DNA from: an uncultured archaeon
GTDB lineage: Archaea; Thermoplasmatota; E2; DHVEG-1
Direction: 5' to 3'
DNA length: 53,297 nucleotides
Assembly (NCBI GenBank): GCA_902384685.1
Contig: CABMCU010000073.1
Location: 1 to 53,297 of the forward strand
Part shown: piece by piece, positions 28,129 through 39,307 of the stretch
Position numbering within the stretch: position 1 is the stretch's first letter
Layout: the number at the start of each line of letters is the position of its first letter
Notes under the pieces: generated by a model
What the model saw: only the letters and a program-made list of their open reading frames with translations
Told to the model about the DNA's origin: nothing
Databases searched by the model: none
Translations under genes and position numbers: made by a program

Positions 28129-29796
28129 ATGATGGCTGGAGGACAGCAACCAATTATTATCCTTAAAGAAGGAACGAAGCGAGAAAAAGGAAAAGGCGCA
28201 CAATTAAACAACATTATGGCAGCACGAGCAATCTCCGATGCAGTGAAATCAACACTTGGTCCAAAAGGAATGGACAAGATGCTGGTTGACTCTATGGGTG
28301 ATGTAGTCATCACGAATGATGGAGCAACCATTCTTAAAGAAATCGATGTTGAGCACCCGGCGGCAAAGATGATCGTCGAAGTTGCTAAATCACAAGATGA
28401 AGAATGCGGTGACGGAACAACATCAGCCGTGATTCTTACTGGTGAGTTGTTAAAATACGCCGGAGAACTTATCGAGCAGAACATCCACCCAACCGTTATC
28501 TGTGCAGGATATAAGCTCGCATCAACCAGAGCAATTGCTGAGCTGAACAAAATGGCGGTACCGATAAAACCAGGAGATAAGAAAACCCTGAAAAACATTG
28601 CGATGACCTCGATGGCTAGTAAAGGTGCGAGCGCATCAAAAGAACTCCTCGCGGACGTCGTCGTTGACGCGATTACCAGTATAGCAGAACACATCGGTGA
28701 TAAAACCATCGTAGACATGGACAACATCCAGATCGAGAAGAAACACGGCGGCAGTATTCAGGACACCCGGATTATAAAAGGAATCATTTTGGACAAAGAA
28801 CGTGTTCATGAGGGAATGCCACGGCATGTAAAAAATGCAAAAATAGCACTTGTGAACGCAGCCTTAGAAATCAAAAAAACAGAGGTTGACGCACGTATTC
28901 AAATCCAAGACCCTACTCAGTTGCAAGCATTTCTTGATGAAGAGGAATCTATGCTACGAAAAATGGTCGAGAAAGTCAAAAAAAGCGGTGCGAACGTTCT
29001 GGTCTGTCAGAAAGGCATCGATGATCTTGCACAACACTTCCTCTCCAAAGAAGGTATTTACGCAGTCCGACGCGCGAAGAAAAGCGATATGGACAAACTT
29101 GCAAAAGCAACCGGCGCAACCGTTGTTGCAAATCTTGATGAGCTCTCGTCAAAAGATCTCGGATTCGCGGGAAATGTCGAAGAGCAAAAGATCGCCGATG
29201 ACAAGATGACGTTTGTCACGGATTGCAAGAATCCAAAGGCAGTCTCCATTCTTATACGCGGTAGTACTGAGCATGTGGTCGACGAACTTGATCGTGGTAT
29301 GCACGATGCGTTGTTTGTCGTGAAAGTCGCTCTGGAAGACGGTAAAATGACGGCGGGTGGAGGCGCAGCCGCCACATGGATTTCTATGGCGTTACGAGAA
29401 TATGCTACCACCGTCGGTGGACGAGAGCAGATGGCGATCGAAGCCTACGCAAACGCAGTTGAAATCATACCCAAGACCCTTGCTGAGAACGCTGGGTTGG
29501 ACCCAATTGATATGATGCTTGAGGTACGCAGATCTCACAAGAAAGGCAGCAAGTACGCTGGTGTTGACGTGTTAAATGGAAAAGTCAGTGACATGTTGAA
29601 AATCAACGTCATCGAACCACTTCGCGTCAGTGTCCAAGAATTACAAACCTCAACTGAAGCAGCAAACATGATCCTCCGGATCGACGACATCATCGCCTCA
29701 AAGGGTGGCGGTGGTGGTGGAATGCCTCCTGGCGGTATGCCTCCTGGCGGCGGAATGCCCGGTGGAATGCCTGGCGGCGGGATGGACGACTACTAA
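28129..29796 (+). CDS. ths: Thermosome subunit, copy 2 (canonical residues)
   Basis: GDGTT, CQKGIDD, AVRR, GGM tail. Confidence 0.97.
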   Translation: MMAGGQQPIIILKEGTKREKGKGAQLNNIMAARAISDAVKSTLGPKGMDKMLVDSMGDVVITNDGATILKEIDVEHPAAKMIVEVAKSQDEECGDGTTSAVILTGELLKYAGELIEQNIHPTVICAGYKLASTRAIAELNKMAVPIKPGDKKTLKNIAMTSMASKGASASKELLADVVVDAITSIAEHIGDKTIVDMDNIQIEKKHGGSIQDTRIIKGIILDKERVHEGMPRHVKNAKIALVNAALEIKKTEVDARIQIQDPTQLQAFLDEEESMLRKMVEKVKKSGANVLVCQKGIDDLAQHFLSKEGIYAVRRAKKSDMDKLAKATGATVVANLDELSSKDLGFAGNVEEQKIADDKMTFVTDCKNPKAVSILIRGSTEHVVDELDRGMHDALFVVKVALEDGKMTAGGGAAATWISMALREYATTVGGREQMAIEAYANAVEIIPKTLAENAGLDPIDMMLEVRRSHKKGSKYAGVDVLNGKVSDMLKINVIEPLRVSVQELQTSTEAANMILRIDDIIASKGGGGGGMPPGGMPPGGGMPGGMPGGGMDDY

Positions 29797-29827
29797 TCCA
29801 ATCCCTTTTTTTATTTTTTTGGTGATT

Positions 29828-30337
29828 ATGCCAACAAAAAAACCAATTGACACCAAGAAAAATATACAAGAAACAACACATCATACATTAAAAAAATTAG
29901 AAGAAGAAAACAAACAACTGAATCAGGAGCTCATTGATAAAAACGACAAATATCTACGAACACTCGCTGATTTTCAAAACTACCAGAAACGCATGGAAAA
30001 AGAACTACAAACTCAAAAAGAAGATATTAAGAAAAAATACTTACTCGAACTTCTTGACCTAACTGAACTCTTGAAAAAAGCATATGATGATTCCAATCCA
30101 AAATCAGGATTAAAACTTTTACTAGAAAATCTTGACAAATTTCTAGAAAAAGAAGGAATAACCTACATTGACTGTAAAGGAAAACCTTTCAACTATCAGC
30201 TTCATAACGCAGTCTCAACTATAGAACAATCTGAATGTCCTGATGGGACAATCCTTGATGAAATAAAAAAAGGGTATCTGATAGGAGAAAAACTTCTCCG
30301 ACCAGCCTGTGTTATTGTTGCAAAAAAGAAACTATAA
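29828..30337 (+). CDS. grpE: Nucleotide exchange factor GrpE
   Basis: YLRTLADFQNYQKR, KKGYLIGEKLLRPA; GGTGA SD before ATG 29828. Confidence 0.93.
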   Translation: MPTKKPIDTKKNIQETTHHTLKKLEEENKQLNQELIDKNDKYLRTLADFQNYQKRMEKELQTQKEDIKKKYLLELLDLTELLKKAYDDSNPKSGLKLLLENLDKFLEKEGITYIDCKGKPFNYQLHNAVSTIEQSECPDGTILDEIKKGYLIGEKLLRPACVIVAKKKL

Positions 30338-30364
30338 TAAAAAACCACCTTGGAGGTGTATAAT

Positions 30365-32245
30365 ATGAGTAAAATAATAGGAATTGATCTCGGAACTACA
30401 AATTCCGAGGCCGCGTATATCGAAGCAGGAAAACCAGTCGTCATTAAGAGTGTAGAAGGACAACCATATTTTCCCTCAGTCGTCGCATTTACAAAAACCG
30501 GGGAAATGCTGGTTGGTGAAGCAGCGAAACGACAAGCAGTCACTAATACCGAAGGAACTGTCCAACGAATAAAACGAAAGATGGGGACAAAAGAGAAAGT
30601 CAATCTACGAGGGAAAATGTATACGCCGCAGCAGATATCCGCATTTATCCTTCAGAAAATTAAGAAAGACGCTGAGGATTTTCTTGGAGAAAAGATTACC
30701 GATGCAGTAATTACGGTTCCTGCCTACTTTAATGATGATCAACGACAGGCGACAAAGGATGCTGGTGCGATTGCGGGATTTAATGTGAAACGAATCATCA
30801 ATGAACCGACCGCTGCCGCTCTCGCTTACGGGTTAGATAAAGAGGGCGATCAGAAAATCGCGGTGTATGATTTCGGTGGGGGAACCCTTGATGTCACAAT
30901 CATGGAAGTTGGAGGTGGCGTTTTCGAAGTCTTATCCACTAGTGGTGATACGCAACTCGGTGGCTCGGATATGGACAGAGCACTTGTTGATTACATCGCT
31001 GAAGAATTCAAGAAAAAACATGGTGTTGATCTCCGCAAAGAACCGAAAACGTTACAACGAGTTTTAGAGGCAGCAGAAACAGCAAAAATAGAATTATCTT
31101 CGACGCTTCAAACCGATATAAACCTTCCCTATATTTATGTCGTTACCGGAGAACCAAAACATCTTGAAATAAAACTAACTCGAACCAAACTTGAAGAAAT
31201 TATTTCTCCGATTGTCCAACGTACCGAAAAACCCTGTCATCAAGCATTACAAGATGCGAAACTGAAACCAGAAGATATTGACCACGTCGTGCTTGTTGGT
31301 GGTGTCACCCGCATGCAGATGGTACAGAAGAAAGTCGAGGAGATTTTCAAACAGAAGCCGAAACGAGAGGTCGACCCGATGGAATGTGTCGCGATTGGTG
31401 CCGCGATTCAAGCAGGTGTGCTCTCGGGTGCAATAGATAAAGATATCGTACTGCTAGATGTAACCCCATTGACTTTAAGTATCGAAACCCTAGGCGGTGT
31501 AGCAACTCCATTGATTGATCGAAACACAACAGTACCTACGCGAAAAAGTAAGATATTTTCCACCGCAGCTGATAACCAAACCAGCGTCGAAATCAACGTC
31601 TTACAAGGAGAACGGCCTATGGCAGCGGACAATAAAAGCCTTGGACGTTTCCACCTTGACGGCATCCTTCCAGCACCACGGGGACTTCCACAAATCGAAG
31701 TTTCCTTTGATATCGATGTTAACGGAATTATAAACGTTTCTGCAAAAGACCTTGGGACTGGTAAAGAGCAATCTATTCATATCACCGGATCGACGAAACT
31801 CTCCGATTCCGAAATCGAACGGATGCGAAACGAAGCAAAAGAACATGAAGAAGAAGACAAGAAACGCAAAGAAAAAATCGAAATACGAAACACTGCAGAT
31901 TCACTCGTGAATAGTACTGAAAAAGCACTAGAAGAATTAAAAGATAAGTTCTCCAGTGAAGATAAAGAGAATCTCGAAAAAGCATTAAAGGAACTTCGAG
32001 AAGCACTCACAGGTGATGATACAGACAAAATAAAGGAAAAAACAGATTCGCTTACTCAAGCGTTCCAAAAAGCATCGACCGCAATCTATAAGCAGGCAGC
32101 ACAACACTACCAACAACAGCCAGGACAGGGTGAAACACAAGGAGATGCATGGCAAGAACACACTTCAGATGATGATTCTACCATCAACGCTGATTACAAG
32201 GTGAAAGGAGAAAAAAAGAAAAAGAAAGATGAAGACACCGAATAG
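30365..32245 (+). CDS. dnaK: Hsp70 chaperone DnaK
   Basis: [37 protein letters not shown]; GGAGGTG SD. Confidence 0.98.
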   Translation: MSKIIGIDLGTTNSEAAYIEAGKPVVIKSVEGQPYFPSVVAFTKTGEMLVGEAAKRQAVTNTEGTVQRIKRKMGTKEKVNLRGKMYTPQQISAFILQKIKKDAEDFLGEKITDAVITVPAYFNDDQRQATKDAGAIAGFNVKRIINEPTAAALAYGLDKEGDQKIAVYDFGGGTLDVTIMEVGGGVFEVLSTSGDTQLGGSDMDRALVDYIAEEFKKKHGVDLRKEPKTLQRVLEAAETAKIELSSTLQTDINLPYIYVVTGEPKHLEIKLTRTKLEEIISPIVQRTEKPCHQALQDAKLKPEDIDHVVLVGGVTRMQMVQKKVEEIFKQKPKREVDPMECVAIGAAIQAGVLSGAIDKDIVLLDVTPLTLSIETLGGVATPLIDRNTTVPTRKSKIFSTAADNQTSVEINVLQGERPMAADNKSLGRFHLDGILPAPRGLPQIEVSFDIDVNGIINVSAKDLGTGKEQSIHITGSTKLSDSEIERMRNEAKEHEEEDKKRKEKIEIRNTADSLVNSTEKALEELKDKFSSEDKENLEKALKELREALTGDDTDKIKEKTDSLTQAFQKASTAIYKQAAQHYQQQPGQGETQGDAWQEHTSDDDSTINADYKVKGEKKKKKDEDTE

Positions 32246-32353
32246 ACACTCCTTTATTTTTTCTTTAATTGCAAATTATCGAGTTAAACCTTTTAATTTC
32301 ATACGGATACGAAGCCTAAACATTTTTATCGTACTATTTTATATACCGCATCT

Positions 32354-32863
32354 GTGAAAATCAAACCGAGAAACGATATTCTAAGAGATATTATTCGAGA
32401 TGCAAAAAAATACCCAAAAGGATGGAATGCAACATTCGGCTATGATTCAAATTTATTCTCACATGACTGCTACATATTCCATCCCAATATTGGAATTTAT
32501 TTGTTAAAAGAATACAACAAGAACCCGTTTGAAGTTAAAGGAATGGGATCAAAACTCGCACGTCATATCGACGAAGATATCGAAGAACAAATAACTAAAA
32601 AATCTGGAGACTTCGGAATCATCCAAGGAGATATTCAGAAAATCCTCCGAAACATAAACAAGGGAATACCTCCACAACAAATCCTTACCAGTGCAATGAA
32701 CGGTAGAGACCTCGGAATTACAATACCAGTCAAAGGACGTGCATCTACCTCAAAAGACACGTTTCATACTATGAAAAACATATTCTGTTCGCATCAAAAA
32801 AAACTTGAAACCTCTTATGAAAAAATGGTCTCAGAAGACGGAATTTACAAATCATATGAATGA
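32354..32863 (+). CDS. Hypothetical protein (169 aa)
   Basis: Uninterrupted ORF with own TATA-like element; convergent with trpS. Confidence 0.7.
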   Translation: MKIKPRNDILRDIIRDAKKYPKGWNATFGYDSNLFSHDCYIFHPNIGIYLLKEYNKNPFEVKGMGSKLARHIDEDIEEQITKKSGDFGIIQGDIQKILRNINKGIPPQQILTSAMNGRDLGITIPVKGRASTSKDTFHTMKNIFCSHQKKLETSYEKMVSEDGIYKSYE

Positions 32864-32865
32864 CA

Positions 32866-34182
32866 TTATTTCAGATATTCTTGCATTTTTCCCGCAGCTG
32901 TTTTTCTTTTTTCCTCTAGATCAATAAGAAGTTTCTCCATTTGCTCTGCTGCGCGTTTCTTACATAGACCACACATCAACTTCCCTTTTTTACAAGAATC
33001 ATAAATTTCTTTCAAATCAGTATCATCCTCAATAAGATGATATAAAAATAACTCATATATCATACATTCATCTGGTCTTCCCCCAAATTTCTTCTGCTCC
33101 TCGAGGGTTACTGCACCACCAGTTTTCGTATTCATGATCTTCTTTTTCGCTTCCTCAGGCGTATCAGTAAGAAAGATCGCACTTTCTGGTTTCGACGATG
33201 ACATTTTCTCACCGGTCAAACCGGTGATAAAACGATGATATGTGGAAGAGGGCTGTAAAAATCCATATCCACCAAGTGCTGGTTCTATATGTGCAAGAGC
33301 TTCGTCGATTCTAGGAATATCAGCCTCTTCTGCAGTGTTGATATATATTGCTTTATAATCGGTGATACGTTTCAAATCAAAAAACTGTAAGGTTCTTAGG
33401 ATTTTCTCTGCGGCATCTAAAAGTTCTTTGACATGTTCATCGACCTTAACGAATACGCCGATTTTATTATCTTTTGTTACTGTTATATTATAGAGACGAT
33501 GGGCTTGAGCAATATCTCGGCTGAGTCTGATATGCGGGTCTTGGTCTACCCCAACTGGTACAAGAGTTGGTCGTACACCACCGAACTTTTCAAGCTGGAC
33601 GTGCAGGATATCCCCCGTCTGAACTAAGGGTGAGAAGATATGTGTCATATTTGTTGACCCTTCAAACCCGTACGTAGCGACCATCTGAGACCAGTTCACC
33701 TTTTTTCCAAGGAGAAATACGAGATCCTTTACATCTTGATGTCTTGATTGGAAATAGATATGACAGTGTTCTGGTTTCAGCCCTAGTGCGATGTAATTGG
33801 CGATGTATTCGTTTATAGCTAGCTCCTTAGTCTCTTCCAGGGTGAAACCTCGGGTTGCATAGGCTTCAATGTCAGCAACCGCGATAAAAATATCTGCTCC
33901 AAGGCTCTGGTAATACATAACTTCGTCAATTACCATTTTGTGACCTAGGTGCATTCGTCCAGATGGCATCAACCCGGTTAAAATCGCCCATGGTTTTTTC
34001 CGCTGGATTGCCTCGTGAATCATCTCGAAACCTCGATGACCAAACACTACCCCTCGTCGTAACAATCGATGAGGATGCGGCAGGTCCTTCCAAAGATCAT
34101 CAGAAAATTCCTGAATCCCAAATTCATCACGCAGACGAGTGTAATCTTGATAGGTTGTTGAGCTCCATGGGTCTATCTTCAT
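32866..34182 (-). CDS. trpS: Tryptophanyl-tRNA synthetase
   Basis: GLMPSGRMHLGH, VPVGVDQDPH, KMSSS. Confidence 0.96.
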   Translation of the reverse strand: MKIDPWSSTTYQDYTRLRDEFGIQEFSDDLWKDLPHPHRLLRRGVVFGHRGFEMIHEAIQRKKPWAILTGLMPSGRMHLGHKMVIDEVMYYQSLGADIFIAVADIEAYATRGFTLEETKELAINEYIANYIALGLKPEHCHIYFQSRHQDVKDLVFLLGKKVNWSQMVATYGFEGSTNMTHIFSPLVQTGDILHVQLEKFGGVRPTLVPVGVDQDPHIRLSRDIAQAHRLYNITVTKDNKIGVFVKVDEHVKELLDAAEKILRTLQFFDLKRITDYKAIYINTAEEADIPRIDEALAHIEPALGGYGFLQPSSTYHRFITGLTGEKMSSSKPESAIFLTDTPEEAKKKIMNTKTGGAVTLEEQKKFGGRPDECMIYELFLYHLIEDDTDLKEIYDSCKKGKLMCGLCKKRAAEQMEKLLIDLEEKRKTAAGKMQEYLK

Positions 34183-34351
34183 AGGTGTTCTATCTCCAAA
34201 TCAGGTATCCTTACAAAAACTTACCGTTATGAAAAGAGATTAAACAGAGAACCGGGAAAATAATTATCATATAAGGTTTACTAAAAAAGAAATACTTTAT
34301 ATTGTACGGTCTCCATTACTCTGGTCAGAGATAAAAAATGGAGTTTTTGCC

Positions 34352-34483
34352 ATGAACCAGAATTGTTCGCTCTGCGGCACAAACCTTCTCCCTGCTGACG
34401 AGGAAGGTATCTGTCATCTCTGCAAGATGTCGATTATTTTCAATGAGGATACGTTCCCCGATGTCGATGACTGCGCCTCATAG
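34352..34483 (+). CDS. 43-aa CxxC-x12-CxxC zinc micro-protein
   Basis: MNQNCSLCGTNLLPADEEGICHLCKMSIIFNEDTFPDVDDCAS; GGAG upstream. Not in the ORF track. Confidence 0.65.
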   Translation: MNQNCSLCGTNLLPADEEGICHLCKMSIIFNEDTFPDVDDCAS

Positions 34484-34560
34484 AACCCTTTATTTAAAGA
34501 GAAAAATCATTTGGCAGCATAATTGATATAAGATAAGATACTATCGCATTTTTATTACCT

Positions 34561-35493
34561 ATGAATCCTGAGTTACAGAAAATTCTGAAACGACAGCATT
34601 ACGCGATTATCGGGAAACATTCCGGGGTAAAACTCTGTCATTGGATGAAACAAAGTCTTCTCTTTGGTAGAGAATGCTATAAACAAACCTTTTATGGTAT
34701 CAATTCACATCGATGCCTGCAAATGACCCCCGCAATTACGCATTGTACACAGATGTGTCTGTTCTGCTGGCGGTTCCAAAATTTTACGGAAAAAGAGTTG
34801 CATGACATCGACGATCCAGGATATATTCTGGACCATGCGATCGAGGCACAAAAAAAACTCATCACCGGGTTTAAAGGGGATCCTCGGTGCGATCAGAAAA
34901 AATGGAAGGAGGCAAACGAACCAAACATGTTGGCTTGTTCGCTTTCTGGGGAACCAACATTGTATCCGAAGCTTGGAGAATTTTTTGAAGCATGTCACCA
35001 GAAAGGTATTACGACGTTTCTGGTGACCAACGGGACAACGCCCGCGGCTTTAGAAAAGTTAGATCCCTTACCAAAACAACTCTATGTCTCGGTTGTGGCA
35101 CCAACCGAGGAACTTTACAAGAAAATCTGTGCGCCCCTTATTCCTAACGGATGGGAAAACATCCAGCGAACACTCGCGCTCCTCCCGTCTCTTGGCACAC
35201 GAATTGTGATTCGCCATACCTTGATTCATGACTGGAACATGGATGAAAAATACATCGAAGCATACGCGAAACTCGATGCTCGGGCGTCACCCACGTTTAT
35301 CGAACCAAAAGGATATGTGTTTGTTGGTTCATCACGAAATCGACTGCATTTTTCTAATATGCCACCATACGACCAGATTAAAAATTTTGGACAGAAACTC
35401 GCAGAACAACTCGGATATGAACAGGTTATGGAAAAAGCAGATTCTCTTGTCGTATTGCTCTCTTCTCAGCAAAAAAACAGAAAAGTTAAATAA
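34561..35493 (+). CDS. taw1: 4-demethylwyosine synthase Taw1/TYW1 (radical SAM)
   Basis: KLCHW, CYK..FYGINSHRC, CTQMCLFCWR, SLSGEPTLY. Confidence 0.95.
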   Translation: MNPELQKILKRQHYAIIGKHSGVKLCHWMKQSLLFGRECYKQTFYGINSHRCLQMTPAITHCTQMCLFCWRFQNFTEKELHDIDDPGYILDHAIEAQKKLITGFKGDPRCDQKKWKEANEPNMLACSLSGEPTLYPKLGEFFEACHQKGITTFLVTNGTTPAALEKLDPLPKQLYVSVVAPTEELYKKICAPLIPNGWENIQRTLALLPSLGTRIVIRHTLIHDWNMDEKYIEAYAKLDARASPTFIEPKGYVFVGSSRNRLHFSNMPPYDQIKNFGQKLAEQLGYEQVMEKADSLVVLLSSQQKNRKVK

Positions 35494-35508
35494 AAAAGGA
35501 AATAGGTG

Positions 35509-35877
35509 TTAGAATTTTCCGCGTAATTTTCGACGTTCGACTTTCACGCCATTTGGAGAGACGACCATAAGGTTGTTCCCGATACCTGCGACATCGCCAC
35601 CCACATCATCCGTAATCCGTTTTAACTCATTGGTGACTCTCTTGAGGAGTACTTCTTGGTCAGAAATGGCGGTGAAATCAAGGATTAACACATTTCCACC
35701 ATAGACATAATCTGTTAATCCCTTTAAATCCTCATACCGTTGAATCTCACCAATGGCAACATGCATGCGTGCATTAGTCGCACCCCCGACTTGTGCATCT
35801 GTATATTTCTCAAGATCGATATATCCCTCTGTTGTTCCCGTTTTCTTCTCACCAAAAATTTTACTTGTTATTCCCAT
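35509..35877 (-). CDS. sepF: Cell division protein SepF
   Basis: GNVLILD, GGDVAGI, VSPNGVKV. Confidence 0.88.
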   Translation of the reverse strand: MGITSKIFGEKKTGTTEGYIDLEKYTDAQVGGATNARMHVAIGEIQRYEDLKGLTDYVYGGNVLILDFTAISDQEVLLKRVTNELKRITDDVGGDVAGIGNNLMVVSPNGVKVERRKLRGKF

Positions 35878-36381
35878 ACTGACACACGACTCCTAATTTT
35901 TGCTCGTATTCTAAAATATATTTCTCTTTATAAACATTTGTAAGGCTCTATAATTACCTGTTTAAGATAGAATATCTATCCGTCACATATCTTTGATAGT
36001 TCTTGGGAAACAGAAAATGTCATAACATCAATATAAGAATATTTGTTTTTGGCATTAGGCTGAGCCAGAACGGGAAATTTACCGAACGAATTACTTTTAA
36101 GAATAGAAACATTTGATACCGTGTATTAGAAATGAACGGTTCGTTAACGATTTATCAAAGAACAATGTATTAAACTGAATGATATCTGTAATATATTAGA
36201 TGAGGGCAAAGGAAAAATATTTGTTACCAAACGAAAGAAAGAAAATAAGGAAAAAAAATAATACAAGGTGATACTTATCGAACACTCGGACAATAAACAT
36301 ACCGATGTCCCTAAAATGTATTTCCATTAAATTATTTTACTTCATTCCCTTTCCATCTTCAATAAAATTGAGGTATCGTCT

Positions 36382-36918
36382 ATGCTCTATTTCCTCCATG
36401 GGTATCAGTCTAGTCCTGACGGTGAAAAAGCAATAATATTCAAAAAAACATTGAAAGCTATACCTATCAAATATCAAGATAGCGCTCCTGAGGATCTTGT
36501 TATTTCAAAGGCTCTCCATCGCATCTCTGATGCAATAAAAGACGACCAACAGGTTGTGTTAATCGGCTCATCGTTCGGAGGATTTCTCGCTGCATTCACA
36601 GCACTTACCCATTCTACTGTCAAACATATTATTCTTCTCAATCCTGCGATTATCCCTCCGGATGTCGATCTACATACAATTCAAGGAATTCCCTATGGAA
36701 TACTTAAAGAAATGAAAGATCCACAACTGTTTGAACAGAGAATCCCTGCAGCTATTACTATCCTGCGGGGAACTCAAGACGATATTGTTCCTGACCAATG
36801 GATTCTGAGCTTTGCAAAGGCACAACAAGCAACGATACAATTATACAACGATGACCACCGGTTTTCAAAAAACCTGCAGAAACTACCTACTATTATCTCA
36901 AAGCTGTTACAAAAATAA
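36382..36918 (+). CDS. YqiA/YcfP-like alpha/beta esterase
   Basis: FLHGYQSS, GSSFGG, LLNPA, DDIVP, DDHRF. Confidence 0.88.
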   Translation: MLYFLHGYQSSPDGEKAIIFKKTLKAIPIKYQDSAPEDLVISKALHRISDAIKDDQQVVLIGSSFGGFLAAFTALTHSTVKHIILLNPAIIPPDVDLHTIQGIPYGILKEMKDPQLFEQRIPAAITILRGTQDDIVPDQWILSFAKAQQATIQLYNDDHRFSKNLQKLPTIISKLLQK

Positions 36919-36930
36919 GCTGTTGTTTCA

Positions 36931-37419
36931 CTAATGTGTAAGCATCCACAATCGGTCACCTACATAATGGAGTGTTTTTACCGCTTTTCCTGGTTTTTTT
37001 GTTTTCATTTCTTCCCCTGTCATCAACGCAACCCCAACTACTAGAGGTTTCCGATGCTTCTCATCACAGATCCAGACAAGATCATTTTTCTGAATCAGTG
37101 GATCTGCATCGGTTATGCCTGGTGCCATCACATCAGCTCCTTTTGTGATAAAAACCACCGCGCCCATGTCGACGACTACGAAATTGGTGCTCGGTTGATA
37201 CTTATTTAAGCCTTGTAACGTAAACACCAGCTGGTTATTATGCATTATAAAATCAATACTATCATCGATGAGCAGGACCGTAAACTCCTCTAGAGATCCG
37301 ACATCGAATGTGGCTTTCGAATCAAAAAAATCACCATGGAACCTGGTTTTTAACTCATTAGTCAGTTCTTTTACTTCCCGTTCTTTTAGACGATGTCTAT
37401 TTTTAATTTTGACGGCCAT
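36931..37419 (-). CDS. PUA-domain RNA-binding protein (Tma20/MCT-1-like)
   Basis: VVVDMGAV, GADVMAPGI, HYVGD. Confidence 0.9.
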   Translation of the reverse strand: MAVKIKNRHRLKEREVKELTNELKTRFHGDFFDSKATFDVGSLEEFTVLLIDDSIDFIMHNNQLVFTLQGLNKYQPSTNFVVVDMGAVVFITKGADVMAPGITDADPLIQKNDLVWICDEKHRKPLVVGVALMTGEEMKTKKPGKAVKTLHYVGDRLWMLTH

Positions 37420-37520
37420 ACTAGAGATATTCTGTACATTGTTTTAATAGTTATCCTGGAGAATATAAGCCCAAACTCTTATAAATGATATCTCTATTTC
37501 GTCTCTCCTAGGTAACAATC

Positions 37521-37739
37521 ATGGAAAAACCATTAAAACTTCTACATGCCAGCTTGAACGCCCGAGTCATTGTTGAACTTCGAGGCGGAGTCGAGTACCA
37601 AGGTGTCCTTGATGGCTATGATGTTCCTCATATGAACCTTGTATTAAAAAATGCAGATGAGATTGTCCATACCGATAAGAAATCAAAACACGAGAAAGTC
37701 ATTGTCCGAGGGGACAATATCATTTATATATCACCTTAG
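37521..37739 (+). CDS. Sm-like archaeal protein (SmAP/LSm)
   Basis: Sm1 GVLDGYDVPHMNLVL and Sm2 IVRGDNI; upstream of L37e. Confidence 0.93.
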   Translation: MEKPLKLLHASLNARVIVELRGGVEYQGVLDGYDVPHMNLVLKNADEIVHTDKKSKHEKVIVRGDNIIYISP

Positions 37740-37756
37740 AATAGGGGGTAACTACT

Positions 37757-37921
37757 ATGACGAAAGGAACAACGTGCAGAGCGGGGAATAAAACCACTCA
37801 CATTGCGTGTCGACGTTGCGGTAGACATTCTTTCCATGCACAGAAGAGACGTTGCTCGTTCTGTGGATTTGGGGAAACAAGTAAAATGAGGCATTATAAC
37901 TGGGTCAGAGAAAAGACCTAA
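37757..37921 (+). CDS. rpl37e: 50S ribosomal protein L37e
   Basis: MTKGT...THIACRRCGRHSFH...CSFCGFG...YNW. Not in the ORF track. Confidence 0.95.
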   Translation: MTKGTTCRAGNKTTHIACRRCGRHSFHAQKRRCSFCGFGETSKMRHYNWVREKT

Positions 37922-37923
37922 CG

Positions 37924-38289
37924 CTATTTTAATGAGTTTTCTTGTTGTTCATTGCTCTGTTTTAATATGTTTTTATATTTCTCGAGAGACCAACGTCCTT
38001 TTTTACCCCATAATGAATTATACAATCGGATTTCCACGTATAAAAAGATACCAAGAACGATGAGAGACACTGCGATGTTGAATGGTAAGGGAAGATCTCG
38101 ATAAACCTCAAGGGGAATCAGCGTGTCGATAAGCAGAACAGCAACAAGGAAGAGGTTTTTCAACGCTTCCTGATAAAGTGGTCTCATTAAACTATTCTGG
38201 ATATTTTCCCTTTTTTTTCCTAACAGATAATTTACTAGGTTTTCTGTTTTTTCTACCTGAATATCCAGTCGACTCTTTCTCGATAGCAT
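37924..38289 (-). CDS. Two-TM hypothetical membrane protein
   Basis: GAGGGG SD plus ATG; two hydrophobic helices. Confidence 0.7.
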   Translation of the reverse strand: MLSRKSRLDIQVEKTENLVNYLLGKKRENIQNSLMRPLYQEALKNLFLVAVLLIDTLIPLEVYRDLPLPFNIAVSLIVLGIFLYVEIRLYNSLWGKKGRWSLEKYKNILKQSNEQQENSLK

Positions 38290-38341
38290 TCAAAACAACC
38301 CCTCAAATGATTCTAATATAATAAAACTATGTAGGAAACAC

Positions 38342-39307
38342 TCAATAAAGATAACAAGCGACAAAATGATCTTTATGAAACTCCTTAAGCACGGGTTCAT
38401 TTTCTGAACATTTAGGCATGGCTTGGGGGCATCGAGGATGGAACCGACATCCGGATGGCGGTGATATCAGACTGGGGACTTCCCCTTTCAAATGAATATG
38501 TTTTCTTTTTATCCGTGGGTCAGCGACAGGGATAGCAGAAAGCAACGCTTTCGTATACGGGTGCAACTGCTCCCAGAAGAGATCCTTCGTAGGTGCGTAT
38601 TCCACGATTTTACCAACGTACATCACTGCGACACGGTCACTAATAAATTTTATCACACTTAAATCATGGGTGATAAACAAATAGGTGAGCCCAAATTTTT
38701 CTTGCAGATCTTTAAAAAGATTTAGGATTTGAGCTTGCACGGAAACATCAAGCGATGAGGTGGGTTCATCAAGCACAATAAAATCAGGGTTTAGCGCAAG
38801 CGCTCGTGCGACACCAATTCGTTGTTTCTGTCCGCCACTGAACTCATGCGGGTATCGATACATATGTTGTTCATCAAGTCCAACTGTTTTTAATAGTTCA
38901 AGCACTTTTGTATTCAATGCTTCTCCTTTGAACCTTTTGTTAATTTTCAATGGCTCCCCGATGATGTTCTTTACAGTCTCACGAGGGTTTAACGAAGAGG
39001 AGGGGTCTTGGAATACTATCTGCATATGAGGTCGTAACTTTCGAAGCTCTGATTTGTTGATTGCAGTGAGATCAGATCCCATAAACACCAAGGTGCCCGC
39101 AGTGGGTGGTATCAGATGAATTAGGACACGACCAAGCGTTGTTTTCCCACAACCGGATTCACCTACAAGACCGAATGTTTCCCCCTTTTGTATCTTAATG
39201 TCGATATTATCGACTGCTTTGATGTAGTCTTTTGTTGAGGAGAATATTCCTTCCTTCATCGGAAAATATTTCTTCAGTTTAGTCGCGTTTACAATAGTCT
39301 CTTCCAT
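38342..39307 (-). CDS. oppF: Oligopeptide ABC ATPase OppF, operon 1
   Basis: GESGCGKT, FSGGQKQR, DEPT, CRFHPRC tail. Confidence 0.92.
   Translation of the reverse strand: MEETIVNATKLKKYFPMKEGIFSSTKDYIKAVDNIDIKIQKGETFGLVGESGCGKTTLGRVLIHLIPPTAGTLVFMGSDLTAINKSELRKLRPHMQIVFQDPSSSLNPRETVKNIIGEPLKINKRFKGEALNTKVLELLKTVGLDEQHMYRYPHEFSGGQKQRIGVARALALNPDFIVLDEPTSSLDVSVQAQILNLFKDLQEKFGLTYLFITHDLSVIKFISDRVAVMYVGKIVEYAPTKDLFWEQLHPYTKALLSAIPVADPRIKRKHIHLKGEVPSLISPPSGCRFHPRCPQAMPKCSENEPVLKEFHKDHFVACYLY

Noticed and set aside
5701-28129. Whole interval as an integrated element using the thermosome gene as att site
   Set aside because: Both copies are full length with promoters and many synonymous differences; the interval holds housekeeping genes and no integrase.
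35950-36330. Possible decayed gene between sepF and the esterase
   Set aside because: Only short broken frames with no recognisable motif.
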